NCBI GenBank assembly: GCA_964291395.2
Contig: OZ219858.1
Span: forward strand, 320,001 to 384,000
Source of the DNA: Alphaproteobacteria bacterium
GTDB lineage: Bacteria > Pseudomonadota > Alphaproteobacteria > UBA2966
DNA: 64,000 nt
Direction: 5' to 3'
Program-made: the position numbers and the translations under genes
The notes under the pieces: model-generated
Database searches by the model: none
Told to the model about the DNA's origin: nothing
What the model saw: the letters and a program-made list of their open reading frames with translations, nothing else
Part shown: one piece after another, positions 62,475 to 64,000 of the stretch
Layout of the letters: every line of letters starts with the position of its first letter
Numbering within the stretch: position 1 is the stretch's first letter

Positions 62475-63482
62475 ATGGAATTCGCGTTCGGACTGGTACC
62501 CACTTCGGACCTCGAAGGCTTTGCCCGACTGATCGGACAAGCCGAAGGATGGGGCTTCGACGCAGCCTACGTCCCTGACCAGGGATTCCATCCCGACCCG
62601 TTCGTAGCCCTCGCGAGCCTCGCCACCACGCTCTCTCGAATCCGACTCGGAGTCGCCGTCACCAACCCGTACACGCGACATCCCGTGCAGACCGCCCGCG
62701 CCGCCGGCGCGCTGGCGAACTTGAGCGACGGACGGTTCATCCTCGGACTCGGTGCCGGCGAGGTCGGCGGATTGCGGGACCGCTTGGGCGCCGTGCGCGC
62801 GCCCTTCCTGCCCATCGTGGAGACGGCCATCGGAGCCATACGTGATCTTCTCGCCGGTCGGGAGGTATCCGTCGAAACCCCGGCGTTCGCGATCCGGAAC
62901 GTGCGGCTCGAGTTCGAGGTAGGGCATCGCGTGCCGATCTACCTGGCGACCACGGCGTTTGAAGGCTTCAAGCTGGCGGGGCGGATGGCGGACGGTTTGA
63001 TCCTGGCCGACATCACCGACCCCGACGCCATTGACGCCTGTCTCAAGGCGGTGGCCCAGGGAGCAGCCGAGGCCGGACGGTCTGCGGACGACGTCACCGT
63101 GGTGACCTGGATCACGACGATCGTGACTGACGATGCCTCCAGAACCCGGGATCATCTGCGCCGAATCATGGCGATGACCGTGTGCGCCTTCCATCGGGAT
63201 CTGCGGGCGATGATGGGGGTCGACGAAGATCACCGAACGCGGCTGCTGGAGGCGCTCAAGCGCGGTGGGGCGGCGCTCGATCCCGACCTGTTTCCCGACG
63301 AGCTATTCGACCGGGTCGGCATCGTGGGCAATGCCGGGCATTGCATCGAACGCCTGCGCGCAATCGAAGCCGGCGGCGGAGACCAATACGCCATCCGCAT
63401 GCCCGCCGCCGCGGCCGCCCTGGTGGACTACGGCGCGAACCTGCTAACTATCGCCGAACGCGTCATTCCGGATTTCAGGTAG
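62475..63482 (+). CDS. LLM-class oxidoreductase (Mer/F420-dependent-like)
   Basis: AEGWGFDAAYVPD, IRLGVAVTNPYTRHP, LSDGRFILGLGAG. Confidence 0.88.
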   Translation: MEFAFGLVPTSDLEGFARLIGQAEGWGFDAAYVPDQGFHPDPFVALASLATTLSRIRLGVAVTNPYTRHPVQTARAAGALANLSDGRFILGLGAGEVGGLRDRLGAVRAPFLPIVETAIGAIRDLLAGREVSVETPAFAIRNVRLEFEVGHRVPIYLATTAFEGFKLAGRMADGLILADITDPDAIDACLKAVAQGAAEAGRSADDVTVVTWITTIVTDDASRTRDHLRRIMAMTVCAFHRDLRAMMGVDEDHRTRLLEALKRGGAALDPDLFPDELFDRVGIVGNAGHCIERLRAIEAGGGDQYAIRMPAAAAALVDYGANLLTIAERVIPDFR

Positions 63483-63530
63483 GCCCGGACGATCATCGAT
63501 GGTCTCATTTACGGCATACAGGGAGTGATT

Positions 63531-64000
63531 ATGTTGAAGGAGAGTCTCGGATTGGAGGGCAAGGCCGCCATCGTCACCGGCGGCGGCGCGGCGGGCGACG
63601 GTATCGGCAACGGACGCGCGGCGGCGATCATGCTCGCCCGGGCCGGCGCCCGCGTGCTGGTCGTCGATCGTTTCCTCGATCTGGCGGAGAACACGGTCGG
63701 GATGATCGAGGCCGAAGGCGGCGAAGCGGTCGCCCACCAGGCCGACCTCGGTCACGAAGATGAATGCCAAGGCGTGGTGGCCGCCGCGATGGAGCGGTTC
63801 GGCCGCCTCGACGTCCTCGACAACAACGTCGGCATCAGCAGCAAGGGCAGCGTTGTCGAGGAGGGCCGGGAAGCCTGGGAACAAGTCATGCGGGTCAACG
63901 TCGAAAGCGTTTTCCTGGCCTCGAAATACGCCGTGCCGGCGATGATTGAGAGCGGCGACGGCGGCGCCATCGTCAACATCGCCTCGACGGCCGCCATCCG
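63531..64000 (+). CDS. SDR oxidoreductase, 5' part (runs off window end)
   Basis: Manual translation: MLKESLGLEGKAAIVTGGGAAGDGIGNGRAAAIMLARAGARV...LDVLDNNVGI...GGAIVNIAS. Confidence 0.88.
   Translation, partial: MLKESLGLEGKAAIVTGGGAAGDGIGNGRAAAIMLARAGARVLVVDRFLDLAENTVGMIEAEGGEAVAHQADLGHEDECQGVVAAAMERFGRLDVLDNNVGISSKGSVVEEGREAWEQVMRVNVESVFLASKYAVPAMIESGDGGAIVNIASTAAI

Overview
GC-rich bacterial chromosome segment, most likely Alphaproteobacteria (gene order rplU-rpmA-obgE-proB-proA-nadD-rsfS-rlmH, plus glnE). Accessory gene content resembles marine-sponge symbiont genomes; that is an inference. (1) 1-5.6 kb: intact housekeeping operon on the minus strand. (2) 6.3-25.5 kb: tRNA-Ser(CGA) followed by a ~19 kb island closed by a 21/23-bp copy of the tRNA 3' end at 25446-25468. 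The island holds two decayed tyrosine integrases, an IS1182-like remnant and a biosynthetic cassette. The cassette encodes a B12-dependent radical SAM enzyme, an RND exporter (MFP plus AcrB-like), an SDR, a single-module highly reducing type I PKS/FAS (KS-AT-DH-psiMT-ER-KR-ACP, +1 frameshift near 17840), a thioester-reductase/sulfotransferase fusion and an internally deleted alkyl sulfatase. This matches the swf-type cluster architecture and suggests an exported, possibly methyl-branched alkyl sulfate lipid. (3) 25.6-33 kb: glnE, a STAS protein, a cupin, a rhodanese, an LLM oxidoreductase and two nested IS1202/ISNCY-type remnants. (4) 33-64 kb: a long catabolic region with OYE-type flavoenzymes, Gfo/Idh/MocA, a class IV aminotransferase, hydantoinase/oxoprolinase B+A, an oxalate-CoA-ligase-like/PanE2-like pair, a LysR-linked polar amino-acid ABC transporter with a divergent sarcosine-oxidase-like tetramer, GGT, an ICL/PEP-mutase-family protein and LLMs. 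Several accessory genes are disrupted while core genes are intact. All product calls rest on motifs recognised by eye; no database search was run.
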